Origin: Bacilli bacterium
GTDB lineage: Bacteria > Bacillota_I > Bacilli_A > RF39 > UBA660
DNA length: 44,733 nucleotides
NCBI GenBank assembly: GCA_046704245.1
Contig: JBJKSD010000006.1
Span: forward strand, 1-44,733
Direction: 5' to 3'
Both the position numbers and the translations under genes were made by a program. This document shows, one piece after another, positions 19,205 through 28,424 of the stretch (its first letter is position 1; each line of letters opens with the position of its first letter). The notes under the pieces are model-generated. The model was given only the letters and a program-made list of their open reading frames with translations, was not told where the DNA came from and searched no databases.

Positions 19205-19224
19205 AATAAAGCCAATTAGTTAAT

Positions 19225-19300
19225 GGTTCCGTAGTGTAGTGGTTAACATGTCTGCCTGTCACGCAGAAGATCGCGGGTTCAATCCCCGTCGGAACCGCCA
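19225..19300 (+). tRNA. tRNA-Asp(GTC)
   Basis: Anticodon loop CTGTCAC, GCCA end. Confidence 0.95.
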
Positions 19301-19307
19301 TTATTAT

Positions 19308-19383
<76 letters not shown>

Positions 19384-19402
19384 TTTTATTAACTAATGGG
19401 AT

Positions 19403-19479
19403 GCGCTCGTAGCTCAATTGGATAGAGCATTTGACTACGGATCAAAAGGTTATGGGTTCGACTCCTATCGGGCGCGCCA
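19403..19479 (+). tRNA. tRNA-Arg(ACG)
   Basis: Anticodon loop CTACGGA, CCA. Confidence 0.95.
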
Positions 19480-19492
19480 TATATGTATACAT

Positions 19493-19513
19493 AAAGATCA
19501 TATGATCTTTTTT
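19493..19513 (+). terminator. Terminator of tRNA cluster 2
   Basis: AAAGATCAT|ATGATCTTT plus T-run. Confidence 0.7.
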
Positions 19514-19528
19514 ATTATGTAAAGATAA

Positions 19529-19558
19529 TTGACAAAGGGCTATTATAAGACTTATAAT
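19529..19558 (+). promoter_or_regulatory. SigA promoter of permease gene
   Basis: TTGACA-N18-TATAAT. Confidence 0.65.
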
Positions 19559-19586
19559 TCCATTATAGGTATAATATGGAGGGTAT

Positions 19587-20600
19587 ATGAGTAGTATAGT
19601 AGTTGGATTACAATTCTTAAATAATCAGATTTTAAAAATGAAATGGTTAGATTATTTAATAAAATTATTTGTTACTAATGTATTAGGTTTAGATATTGGT
19701 GATAGAATAGGAAATAGTATTTATTTCTTCTTATATGATAGTATTAAAATTATCTTATTATTATCGATCTTACTCTATTTCATTTCTTATATTCAATATG
19801 CTTTTTCGCCTAAGAAGACAAAGAAAATCTTAGGTAAATTTAAAGGTTTAAAAGGTAGTATTATGGGTGCTATCTTAGGTATAGTTACACCATTTTGTTC
19901 TTGTTCCACCATACCTATCTTTATTGGTTTTGTCAAAGCAGGATTACCTCTTGGCATTACTTTTGCCTTTTTAATATCATCACCGTTAATTGACTTTGTA
20001 TCTATTTTTCTAATAGCTAGTATCTTTAATTGGAACATAGCTATAATATATGTTATGACAGGATTAATTCTAGCAATAATAGGTGGGGTTATCGTCGATC
20101 ATTTACAATTAGAAAAACATCTTGAACCTTTTATTACAAAAAACATACATAATAGTGAAGAGATATCACCAGATAATATATCACGTAGAGAATATGCTAG
20201 AAGACAAGTAATAAGTATTATAAAAAGATTATGGATATATATTTTAATTGGCGTCTTTATTGGTTCATTAATTTATAATTGGATTCCTAATAATATGATT
20301 GTATCAATTTTAGGTAGTACTAATGGTTATGCAGTCTTAATTGCTGCTATTATTGGTATACCAATGTATGCCGATATTTATAGTACTTTACCAATAGCTG
20401 AAGCATTAATGACTAGAGGAGTATCAATAGGTACTATATTATCATTTATGATGGCTACTACTGCAATATCTTTACCATCAATTATCTTATTACATAAAGT
20501 AGCTAAAAATAAATTAATAGTTATATTTATAGCCATTATTATTATTGGTATAATATTAATGGGATATTTATTTAACTACTTAAGTTATTTATTAATATAA
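19587..20600 (+). CDS. ArsP/DUF318 family permease
   Basis: TPFCSCSTIP, FLISSP, IPMYAD..TLPIAEAL, SLPS motifs. Confidence 0.88.
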   Translation: MSSIVVGLQFLNNQILKMKWLDYLIKLFVTNVLGLDIGDRIGNSIYFFLYDSIKIILLLSILLYFISYIQYAFSPKKTKKILGKFKGLKGSIMGAILGIVTPFCSCSTIPIFIGFVKAGLPLGITFAFLISSPLIDFVSIFLIASIFNWNIAIIYVMTGLILAIIGGVIVDHLQLEKHLEPFITKNIHNSEEISPDNISRREYARRQVISIIKRLWIYILIGVFIGSLIYNWIPNNMIVSILGSTNGYAVLIAAIIGIPMYADIYSTLPIAEALMTRGVSIGTILSFMMATTAISLPSIILLHKVAKNKLIVIFIAIIIIGIILMGYLFNYLSYLLI

Positions 20601-20742
20601 TCATAATATTAAAAGGGATATATGATAAATGTATAGAATAATTATATAGACTGTAAATAACTATTTTTGGTTGCATTACCTTATATTTTATGATATTATA
20701 AAAATGCATTTAATTGGTTATTTCAATTAAATGCAACTTTTT

Positions 20743-20819
20743 CGGGAAGTAGCACAACTTGGTAGTGCACCTGGTTTGGGACCAGGTGGTTGCAGGTTCA
20801 AATCCTGTCTTCCCGACCA
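20743..20819 (+). tRNA. tRNA-Pro(TGG)
   Basis: Anticodon loop TTTGGGA, CCA. Confidence 0.95.
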
Positions 20820-20825
20820 TATAAT

Positions 20826-20901
20826 GGGGCATTGGCTCAGCTGGTAGAGCGCCTCGCTTGCACCGAGGAGGTCAGCGGTTCGATCCCGCTATGCTCCACC
20901 A
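20826..20901 (+). tRNA. tRNA-Ala(TGC)
   Basis: Anticodon loop CTTGCAC, G3-U70 pair, CCA. Confidence 0.93.
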
Positions 20902-20930
20902 TTATTTTTTAAAAAATAAGAATAGAAAGG

Positions 20931-21179
20931 ATGATGTTAATGAATAATAATGGTATGAATAATGAAGTAAATAATAATGAGGAAGGAAAGAGTTTACATC
21001 CAGGTGAAAATATTACTAGTGAAAATGCTGGTAATATGGCAGAATCAGAAGCAGAAACAGATGAACACCGTTTAGTAACCGAAAATACTCCTCCGGAAGA
21101 ATTAAAAGAAGAATTAAATGACAACGATGAAGATGATGAACATTATGATGATGAAGAAGACGAAGAGGACAACGAATAA
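20931..21179 (+). CDS. Small, very acidic hypothetical protein
   Basis: 82-aa ORF, AAAGGA SD, D/E-rich tail, terminator directly after. Confidence 0.65.
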   Translation: MMLMNNNGMNNEVNNNEEGKSLHPGENITSENAGNMAESEAETDEHRLVTENTPPEELKEELNDNDEDDEHYDDEEDEEDNE

Positions 21180-21183
21180 TAGT

Positions 21184-21215
21184 AAATAAAAAAGCTCATA
21201 TGAGCTTTTTTATTT
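21184..21215. terminator. Bidirectional terminator (32-bp perfect palindrome)
   Basis: AAATAAAAAAGCTCAT|ATGAGCTTTTTTATTT. Confidence 0.8.
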
Positions 21216-22357
21216 TAATTAGTAAAGCGTAGGGATTGATTAGATATATTAAAGATAATACCTACCATTACCATATATGCTAGGATACTACTTCCTCCAT
21301 AACTAATAAATGGTAGAGTAATACCAGTAATAGGTAAGATACCAATAGTCATACCAATATTTTGGACTTGTTGATAAACAAGCATACTTATTATACCAGC
21401 AATAATATATTTATTAATATTACTAATATTTTTAGTAGTAAGATTAATAAGCTTAAAATTAAAGAATAATAGTAACCCTATTAATAAGATAGCCCCTAAC
21501 AAACCATAATTACTAGCAAAGACAGCAAAGATAAAATCGGTTTGAGGTTCAGGAAAATAGATTGGTGTATGGTTAAAACCATGGCCCGTTAATCCTGATG
21601 ATCCAATAGCTGTAATGGCATTCTCTAATTGCATACCAGTACCACTAGACCAATCTAAGATGCGATCTAGACGATAAAATAAATTAGTACCAAATATTTT
21701 AACAAATAGATCTTGATTAGTATAATATATACCAAAGGTAATACCACATAAAACTAAGACAATGCCAATCAATAATAAAAACCATCCATATCTAATACCA
21801 GATATAAATAACATCGTAATAGTAATAATTAAATAGATAATAACATTACCAGTATCAGGTTGTAAAAAGGTTAAAATAATAGGAATACCAACAATAATTA
21901 ATATTTTAAATAATAATTTAATTTCATCACTAATAGATGGATTAGTATATTCATCATTAAACTCATCAATTACTTTAGCTAAAGTAAGAATTAAGATTAT
22001 TTTCATAAATTCACTAGGTTGAATATTACCAATACCAGGTATAACAAACCAAGATTTTGCGCCATTAATAGAAGGAGCAAAGATAAGTAAAGCAATTAAT
22101 AATAGTATTCCAATAATATATAAAGTCCAAGTATTACGATAGATAAAATCATTACCAATTGCCATAAGTCCATATGCTATACCAAATCCTAAAACAAACC
22201 ATATAGCTTGTTTAATATATAAAGTATTAGCATAACTAGGTAATAATGATTGAGCACTATAGATGGTAATAACACTAACTATAGCTAAGATAATAAGACT
22301 TATTAAAATACCATTGTCTACTTTATATCTAGAGATATTCTTCATCTTATCCCTCAT
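21215..22357 (-). CDS. rodA: SEDS family peptidoglycan glycosyltransferase (RodA/FtsW/SpoVE)
   Basis: GAKSW, IQPSEFMK, QPDTG, PEPQTDFIFA, TGITLPFISYGGSS. Confidence 0.88.
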   Translation of the reverse strand: MRDKMKNISRYKVDNGILISLIILAIVSVITIYSAQSLLPSYANTLYIKQAIWFVLGFGIAYGLMAIGNDFIYRNTWTLYIIGILLLIALLIFAPSINGAKSWFVIPGIGNIQPSEFMKIILILTLAKVIDEFNDEYTNPSISDEIKLLFKILIIVGIPIILTFLQPDTGNVIIYLIITITMLFISGIRYGWFLLLIGIVLVLCGITFGIYYTNQDLFVKIFGTNLFYRLDRILDWSSGTGMQLENAITAIGSSGLTGHGFNHTPIYFPEPQTDFIFAVFASNYGLLGAILLIGLLLFFNFKLINLTTKNISNINKYIIAGIISMLVYQQVQNIGMTIGILPITGITLPFISYGGSSILAYMVMVGIIFNISNQSLRFTN

Positions 22358-22427
22358 CTCTATTTCTATTATATCATGAAACTTTTATAAACATTTATCA
22401 TAAAATAATACTGTAAAGGATAGTGAT

Positions 22428-22760
22428 ATGATGGACAAACAAAAACCCAAAGTATTTGCTAATCAAATTAATAAGCAAATAAATAATTGTCAGAAAATAT
22501 ATTATTCTAAATTAGATAGAATGACATATAAGAAACCTATGAAAGATAAATTAGATCGTTTTATTAAAATGGGTGTCAATCAAAAAATAAATGCTTTAAT
22601 GAGTTTACCTAAATATCTATATGACGTTAATTTAGTTATAACTACTGAAGATGAAGTATATGAAACTAATATTGTAGGTAAAAATAATAGTAGTTTAATT
22701 ACCACCGATAATAAACTGATTCCTATTGGTGAAATAGTAGATATATCAGTCAAAAAATAA
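22428..22760 (+). CDS. Hypothetical protein
   Basis: 110-aa ORF with SD; CATAAAATA sporulation-type -10 upstream. Confidence 0.7.
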   Translation: MMDKQKPKVFANQINKQINNCQKIYYSKLDRMTYKKPMKDKLDRFIKMGVNQKINALMSLPKYLYDVNLVITTEDEVYETNIVGKNNSSLITTDNKLIPIGEIVDISVKK

Positions 22761-22779
22761 AAGGCCAAAGCCTTTTATT
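22756..22779. terminator. Bidirectional terminator
   Basis: AATAAAAGGC-caaa-GCCTTTTATT. Confidence 0.7.
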
Positions 22780-22783
22780 ATAT

Positions 22784-23254
22784 CTAGCAACCTGATATAT
22801 ATGTATCTGGTAAACATCTGATAGCAGCAAGACAACATAAGTTTATAGTAAAAAATGTATTAGTTTTGCGATATACACAGTTGTTTCCTTTCTTTGTTGC
22901 TATTAATACCCTAAATGTTGCAGTACATGAACCAAGTTTTTCTAATCGAAATACATTTGAGGTAGTTGGACAATTAGTAATGGTATCAGTAGTAGTTATG
23001 GTACTAGGGCAATCATCATCAATTGGTATTTCCCACATCTTATTATCGCAAGTATATAACATGATTGGTCTAGTATTAAAACATTTAGTTGTTGGTTGAG
23101 GCCCTAAGAAAGGACGATCACAAGTATCTAATGTTTCATCTCCAATATCTTCAGCATTTTCTTGAAGTCTTAAAATGACAGCCAATGTATCCCTTAATCC
23201 ACAACAATTTGGGGTAGTACTTGTAATCTTTTCATTACAAGTTGGGTTAGACAT
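22784..23254 (-). CDS. Spore coat/crust protein, CotY/CotZ family
   Basis: Cys-rich; ILRLQ...CDRPFLG...NTRPIMLY...VFRLEKL..CTATFRVL...FFTINLCCLAAIRCL. Confidence 0.88.
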   Translation of the reverse strand: MSNPTCNEKITSTTPNCCGLRDTLAVILRLQENAEDIGDETLDTCDRPFLGPQPTTKCFNTRPIMLYTCDNKMWEIPIDDDCPSTITTTDTITNCPTTSNVFRLEKLGSCTATFRVLIATKKGNNCVYRKTNTFFTINLCCLAAIRCLPDTYISGC

Positions 23255-23403
23255 ATAAAACCACTCCTTCTTTTTATATTCATTATTAAGATATTCTAAC
23301 GCGAAGTGATGGTGTATAATTAATACCTAACCACTGTATAATAAGTTTGATAAACTTATAAAAAGTTGTTTTTTTAACAAAATATTAGTATAATATCAAA
23401 TAG

Positions 23404-23727
23404 GTGATTATTTTGGATTATTTACAATATATTATAATTATCGTTATCTTATTAACTATTGCTTTAGCTATAGTTAAAGCTAATAAAGAAGATATTCATA
23501 TTGAAATGAATAAATTAGTCGAATATCTTGGAGGTAAAGATAATATTATTGACTCTGAATATAGTTTTTCAAGATTTAAAGTAACGTTAAAAGATATATC
23601 GATAGTCGATAAAGATGCTATTCAAAGATTAGGAGCTAAAGGTATAGTAGAAATAGACAATCAATTAAAAATAATAGTAGGACCTGGTTCTAAACAAATA
23701 AAAAGATATATAGATGACTTAAAGTGA
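23404..23727 (+). CDS. Membrane-anchored stand-alone PTS EIIB(Glc)-like domain lacking the catalytic Cys
   Basis: N-terminal TM; LGGKDNI...SRFKVTLKD..VD...LGAKG...IIVG. Confidence 0.8.
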   Translation: MIILDYLQYIIIIVILLTIALAIVKANKEDIHIEMNKLVEYLGGKDNIIDSEYSFSRFKVTLKDISIVDKDAIQRLGAKGIVEIDNQLKIIVGPGSKQIKRYIDDLK

Positions 23728-23752
23728 TAGAATATGTCACTTTTTTTATTTA

Positions 23753-23823
23753 TTCGACAAAATAAGACATAACTAATAACTATAATAAAACTACTAGAAG
23801 GTGATTTTATGTATAGTGTCGAA
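23753..23823. promoter_or_regulatory. Two perfect Spo0A-box matches (TTCGACA 23753-23759; TGTCGAA 23817-23823)
   Basis: Exact matches to TGNCGAA flanking the kinase start. Confidence 0.45.
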
Positions 23824-25080
23824 TCATTACTAGTTAATTCTATTTATTGTATTTTTCCTATTTTATGTTATTTGTTTTATGTAGCTTATACTAAGAATAT
23901 AGGAGAGCAAGAAGATAAATTAATTTTAGAAGTAACATTATTTACTTCTTTATATTTAAATATGAAATATGGCCGCAACTATTTTAATGTCGAACCTATT
24001 ATTTTATTTAATATACCATTATTAGTAGCTTATTTAAAAGAAAGAAAAGTAAGTATATTATTAATATCAATCTTTATTAGTTATTACTATATAGATATAT
24101 TACACTTTAGTCCTCTCTTAATAATAATTGAATATTTAATCTATGCTATTATGTATTTGGGTATTAAAAGAAGAGGTATGACTAATGCTTATCTAATTAA
24201 TACTTTTGTCCTGATAAAAGCAGTCTTTCTATCGATTCAATCATTTTATTTAGTACCAAGTAATAATAGTGATCTTATTATTTTTATTCAAATATTTATA
24301 GCAATTGTTACTTTTTATCTTCTATCGTATTTCATCTTAGAGTTACTCGATCAATGTGAAAATACCATTAACTTAAATATTAGCATGAAAGAATTAGAGA
24401 AAGAAAAACAATTACGTAAATCATTATTTAAGATTACTCATGAAATTAAAAATCCTATTGCCGTATGTAAAGGTTATTTAGATATGTTTGAACCTAATAA
24501 TAAAAAGCATAATGAAAAATATATTCCCATTATTAAACAAGAAATAGATCGAACCTTAATGTTAATGGATGATTTTTTAGAAGTAACTAAGATAAAAATA
24601 AAAAAAGAAGTGATCGATATTAACTTATTATTAGATGATGTATGTGCTTCGATGTCTTCTTTATTTAAAAGCCATAATATTAAAACTAACATCGATATAC
24701 CTAATGAAGAACTATATATTATGGGTGATTATAATCGTTTAAAACAAGTATTTATTAATGTCATAAAAAATGCTGTTGAGGCAATACCTAATGATCGTAA
24801 AGGATTAATTGATATAATGACCATTATAAATAAAAGAATATTATCTATCTATATTAAAGATAATGGTGAAGGTATCGATAAAGATATGTTAGATAAGATT
24901 GGTGAAGCTTTTTATACTACTAAAGGTAAGGGGACAGGTTTGGGAATATTCTTATCTAAAGAAATAATAGATGGTCACCAGGGAGAGATTATCTATTCCT
25001 CCACTAAAGGTGAGGGAACAATTGTTATTATTAAATTACCAATTAATTATAAACCTAAAAAATTCTATCAGCAACGATAG
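23809..25080 (+). CDS. Orphan membrane sensor histidine kinase (sporulation kinase KinB-like)
   Basis: About 6 TMs; HEIKNP H-box, QVFINVIKNAVEA, DNGEGI, FYTTK..GTGLG. No response regulator in the window. Confidence 0.88.
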   Translation: MYSVESLLVNSIYCIFPILCYLFYVAYTKNIGEQEDKLILEVTLFTSLYLNMKYGRNYFNVEPIILFNIPLLVAYLKERKVSILLISIFISYYYIDILHFSPLLIIIEYLIYAIMYLGIKRRGMTNAYLINTFVLIKAVFLSIQSFYLVPSNNSDLIIFIQIFIAIVTFYLLSYFILELLDQCENTINLNISMKELEKEKQLRKSLFKITHEIKNPIAVCKGYLDMFEPNNKKHNEKYIPIIKQEIDRTLMLMDDFLEVTKIKIKKEVIDINLLLDDVCASMSSLFKSHNIKTNIDIPNEELYIMGDYNRLKQVFINVIKNAVEAIPNDRKGLIDIMTIINKRILSIYIKDNGEGIDKDMLDKIGEAFYTTKGKGTGLGIFLSKEIIDGHQGEIIYSSTKGEGTIVIIKLPINYKPKKFYQQR

Positions 25081-25094
25081 AATTTTTTAATGGT

Positions 25095-25319
25095 CTAATA
25101 ATTTTGGTGTTGGTGTTGATGTTGGTGTTCATGTTGATGGTGATGATATGGATATCTTCCTGGATAATATGGATAAGGACCATAACCATAGTGATGATAT
25201 GGATATTGTGGATGATATGGATAATAATTATATGGGTAATAACGTGAATATGGATAATAGTAAGGATTATCTATTGGTGGGAAGAATAAACGATCATCAT
25301 TATTGTAATATTCGTTCAT
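25095..25319 (-). CDS. Small Tyr/Pro/His-rich putative spore coat protein
   Basis: YPY repeats and HQ tail; AAGGAG SD; SigK-type promoter. Confidence 0.75.
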   Translation of the reverse strand: MNEYYNNDDRLFFPPIDNPYYYPYSRYYPYNYYPYHPQYPYHHYGYGPYPYYPGRYPYHHHQHEHQHQHQHQNY

Positions 25320-25339
25320 AAAGTTTACTCCTTTCCTTT

Positions 25340-25368
25340 TATTTTATGTAAAAATAAAGCTAAAAGTG
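25340..25368 (-). promoter_or_regulatory. SigK-type promoter
   Basis: cAC-N17-CATAAAATA on the minus strand. Confidence 0.65.
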
Positions 25369-25410
25369 AAGTTAAATTAAGATATTAAAGTATTAAATCT
25401 CAGCATAAGA

Positions 25411-25548
25411 TTAATAATAATAAGGATAATATGGATAACGATAATATGGATAAGGATAATAATATGGGCCGGGATAAAAGAAAGGTCGTCTAGCAAACGC
25501 TGCTCCTAATAAAAATGGAAATAAAAAACGTCCACCGCCAAAAAACAT
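25411..25548 (-). CDS. 45-aa Tyr/Pro-rich putative spore coat peptide (not in ORF track)
   Basis: MFFGGGRFLFPFLLGAAFARRPFFYPGPYYYPYPYYRYPYYPYYY*; AAGGAG SD; SigK-type promoter. Confidence 0.8.
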   Translation of the reverse strand: MFFGGGRFLFPFLLGAAFARRPFFYPGPYYYPYPYYRYPYYPYYY

Positions 25549-25570
25549 ATAAATCTACTCCTTTCATAAT

Positions 25571-25600
25571 TATCTTATGAAAAAAATAAGACAAAGGTGC
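25571..25600 (-). promoter_or_regulatory. SigK-type promoter
   Basis: gcAC-N17-CATAAGATA on the minus strand. Confidence 0.65.
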
Positions 25601-26718
25601 TGAGATATGTGGATGAAAGATTAAAAAAGTTAGCTAATACCATCGTTAACTATTCTTTAAAATTAAAAAAAGGAGAACATGTGTTAATCAATTATGATCC
25701 AGCAGCAGCTCCTTTAGTCAAATGTATAATAGAACAAGTATATATAACTAGTGCTATACCTGATACGGAAGTAATAGATCAAGAAATAGCAACCTTAATT
25801 CTAGAAAAGACTAGCATGGAACGAGTTAAGTTATTAAAACTAATAGGTCAATTTAAAGTTGATAATTATGATGCTTTTATCAATATTAGATATACTATAA
25901 ACGATTATGAGGGTAAAGATGTTAATGATAATATTATTAGAATGGTGGGTACTAATCTACGAAAAATAAATGATATTAAGATAAATGAAAGAAGATGGGT
26001 ATTATTAAATTATCCATCAGTTTTAGATGCTTATAAAGCTAAAATGAAAATAGATGAATATTATAATTATGCTTTAGATGTTATGACAGTTGATTATCAA
26101 CAGATGAGTGTCGATATTGAACCATTAAAAATATTAATGGAAAAAACTAATATGGTTAGAATTACTGGTAAGAATACTGATCTTACTTTTTCTATTAAGA
26201 ATATGCCTATTATTCCTTGTGTTGGAGACCGTAATATTCCCGATGGTGAAATATTTACGGCTCCTCTTAAAAATAGTGTTAATGGTTATATTACTTATAA
26301 TACTCCTTCTCCTTATCGAGGTAGAATATTTACTGATGTTAAGTTGACCTTTAAAGATGGTAAGATAATAGAAGCTACTTGTAATGAAAATAATGAATTA
26401 TTAAATAAGATCTTTGATACTGATGAAGGTAGTCGCTATATTGGAGAATTCTCTTTAGGTCTTAATCCCTTAATAAGAGAACCAATGGGTGATATATTAT
26501 TTGATGAAAAAATAATAGGTAGTATTCATTTTACGCCAGGACGTAGTTATAAAGAAAGTTATAATGGTAATGAATCTAGTATTCATTGGGATATGGTTTT
26601 AATTCAAAGATTAGAATATGGTGGCGGTAATGTTTATTTTGATGATGTTTTAATAAGAGAGAATGGTTTGTTTATCTTAGAAGAATTAAAACATTTAAAC
26701 TATAATACTACCAAATAA
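25597..26718 (+). CDS. Aminopeptidase, M29 family (AmpS/PepS-like)
   Basis: NIPDGEIFTAP, DTDEGSRYIGE, ILFDEKI.GSIH, SSIHWDMV. Confidence 0.92.
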   Translation: MLRYVDERLKKLANTIVNYSLKLKKGEHVLINYDPAAAPLVKCIIEQVYITSAIPDTEVIDQEIATLILEKTSMERVKLLKLIGQFKVDNYDAFINIRYTINDYEGKDVNDNIIRMVGTNLRKINDIKINERRWVLLNYPSVLDAYKAKMKIDEYYNYALDVMTVDYQQMSVDIEPLKILMEKTNMVRITGKNTDLTFSIKNMPIIPCVGDRNIPDGEIFTAPLKNSVNGYITYNTPSPYRGRIFTDVKLTFKDGKIIEATCNENNELLNKIFDTDEGSRYIGEFSLGLNPLIREPMGDILFDEKIIGSIHFTPGRSYKESYNGNESSIHWDMVLIQRLEYGGGNVYFDDVLIRENGLFILEELKHLNYNTTK

Positions 26719-26741
26719 AAAAGCAAGGTTACTTGCTTTTT
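26718..26741. terminator. Bidirectional terminator
   Basis: AAAAAGCAAG-gtta-CTTGCTTTTT. Confidence 0.75.
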
Positions 26742-27592
26742 GTTAATCTAAATAAATTGAATGATGGTTTATCAAATAAACGAGCCCCAATAATACTAGT
26801 ACCTAATCCCGAAGATACATATAGATCTGTTTTTCCTATTTTATAATGAGGAGCATAATAATTTTTAGCACCTGTAGGAACGAGAAGGGGTTTAATAAAG
26901 GGTAAACGAATCTGACCATTATGTGAGTGACCAGCTAAGATTAAATTAACGTCATAAGAAGCAAGTAAATCATCAGTAAAGTCAGGCATATGCATAAGTA
27001 CTATTTTATAATTAATATTAGAAATACTATTATCATTAAAACAACTCATCATTTCCGAAAAATCAACCTTCTTATTAGTATTCATTCCTCCGATATAGAT
27101 AGGTTCAAGATCTTTATTATAGACTAAAGTATAACTATTATCTAATAAGATAAAATTACTCTTCTCTAAAATATCTGGATAAGAAGAAAATCTTTTATCA
27201 TGATTACCATAGATAGCATATTTCCCTAAAGTAGCATCTATTCTTTTTAATTCTTTAATTAATATATCAGTCATTTTATTAGTTAAAGTAATATCCTCTT
27301 CAATTAAATCACCAGTAAATACTACGATATCAGGATGAATAATATTAATCGCATTAACTATTCTTGTTAATTGTTTAGTTTTTATAGTAGAACCATAATG
27401 AATATCACTTATCTGTACTAATTTAGTACCATGAAAATTAAGAGGTAATTTGCGATCACTTATTTTATATTCATTAATTATTAATTTATTAGGTTCAATA
27501 TTATGCATATAGATAATTAATATAGCTAATATAAAAAATAAAAACAACAATATTTTATATCTTCTTCTTAATCTTATCTTTTTAAAAGTCAT
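26729..27592 (-). CDS. Membrane-anchored metallophosphoesterase (YkuE-like)
   Basis: SDIH, TGDL, GNHD, HMPD, GHSHNGQ, SSGLG. Confidence 0.92.
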   Translation of the reverse strand: MTFKKIRLRRRYKILLFLFFILAILIIYMHNIEPNKLIINEYKISDRKLPLNFHGTKLVQISDIHYGSTIKTKQLTRIVNAINIIHPDIVVFTGDLIEEDITLTNKMTDILIKELKRIDATLGKYAIYGNHDKRFSSYPDILEKSNFILLDNSYTLVYNKDLEPIYIGGMNTNKKVDFSEMMSCFNDNSISNINYKIVLMHMPDFTDDLLASYDVNLILAGHSHNGQIRLPFIKPLLVPTGAKNYYAPHYKIGKTDLYVSSGLGTSIIGARLFDKPSFNLFRLTKSK

Positions 27593-27603
27593 TCTACCAC
27601 CTA

Positions 27604-28299
27604 CTATCTAGTATATAAAAATAGAAGTACCAAACCAGTATTATGAATAGCGTGCATAATTATTGGATTAAAGATATTCTTGGTTTTATAATAAAGGTAT
27701 GCAAATGAAGCTCCTAAAGCTCCATAAGGAATAATGAATAATAATTCATAGACATTTTGTAAAGACATAATTACGTGTAAACTACCAAAAACTAATCCAC
27801 TCATAATAACATATACCCACTTACTATTAAATAATTCTCTAAAAGCCTTACGGAAAATAGTTTCTTCAACAAAGGGAGCAAAGATGGTAGTACCAAAAAA
27901 CATATAGATTGGTGATTTTGTAAGTAGAGTACGAACGGCTTCTTCATTACTGGCCATTTTAACGGGTGTTAATAATGATATTAATAAATTACCAACCGTC
28001 ATAATAGCTAAGCCTATAATCCAATATTTTAAATTTTCATCAATATAATTACGATAATTTTTAATAAAATCTTTAAAATCACGCTTTAAATCCTGTCGAT
28101 ACATCATTATTAAAAATATAATATATATCATATCACCCATTAATAAATATATCGTTTTAGTTGTCTGTGATAGTTTATCTAAATCAATATTAAATATTGA
28201 AAAAGGAATAAATAATATTAAAGAATATCCAAAGTAAGAAAGAAATATACCAATACTCTTCTTATTTAATTGTTTTATATTGTTCATATGAACCTCCAT
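27604..28299 (-). CDS. CPBP (Abi/CAAX) intramembrane glutamic endopeptidase
   Basis: APFVEETIFR, FGSLH, HAIHN. Confidence 0.92.
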   Translation of the reverse strand: MEVHMNNIKQLNKKSIGIFLSYFGYSLILFIPFSIFNIDLDKLSQTTKTIYLLMGDMIYIIFLIMMYRQDLKRDFKDFIKNYRNYIDENLKYWIIGLAIMTVGNLLISLLTPVKMASNEEAVRTLLTKSPIYMFFGTTIFAPFVEETIFRKAFRELFNSKWVYVIMSGLVFGSLHVIMSLQNVYELLFIIPYGALGASFAYLYYKTKNIFNPIIMHAIHNTGLVLLFLYTR

Positions 28300-28393
28300 G
28301 TTATTTTATCTTATTTATATTATAACAAATTAATTACGAAAAAACTTGCTAATAATCTAATTTGTGATATAATTTTAATTGATGATGAACTTG

Positions 28394-28415
28394 AAGAGTG
28401 GGAAAACCCACTCTT
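28394..28415 (+). promoter_or_regulatory. rimP leader hairpin
   Basis: AAGAGTGGG-aaaa-CCCACTCTT, the conserved hairpin type found upstream of rimP/ylxS; SigA-like promoter at 28346-28373. Confidence 0.7.
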
Positions 28416-28424
28416 TATAATTGA

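Noticed and set aside
9135-19224. Integrated element or prophage at tRNA-fMet
   Set aside because: No integrase or structural genes, and I found no duplicated tRNA 3' end. Kept only as an accessory stretch.
23341-23359. Inverted repeat ATAAGTTT-gat-AAACTTAT upstream of the EIIB-like gene
   Set aside because: Short and AT-only; could be an operator but is indistinguishable from chance in this composition.
25110-25470. CRISPR or DNA tandem-repeat array (GGATA/TGTTG repeats)
   Set aside because: The repeats are codon-level results of YPY and HQ peptide repeats, with no repeat-spacer structure.
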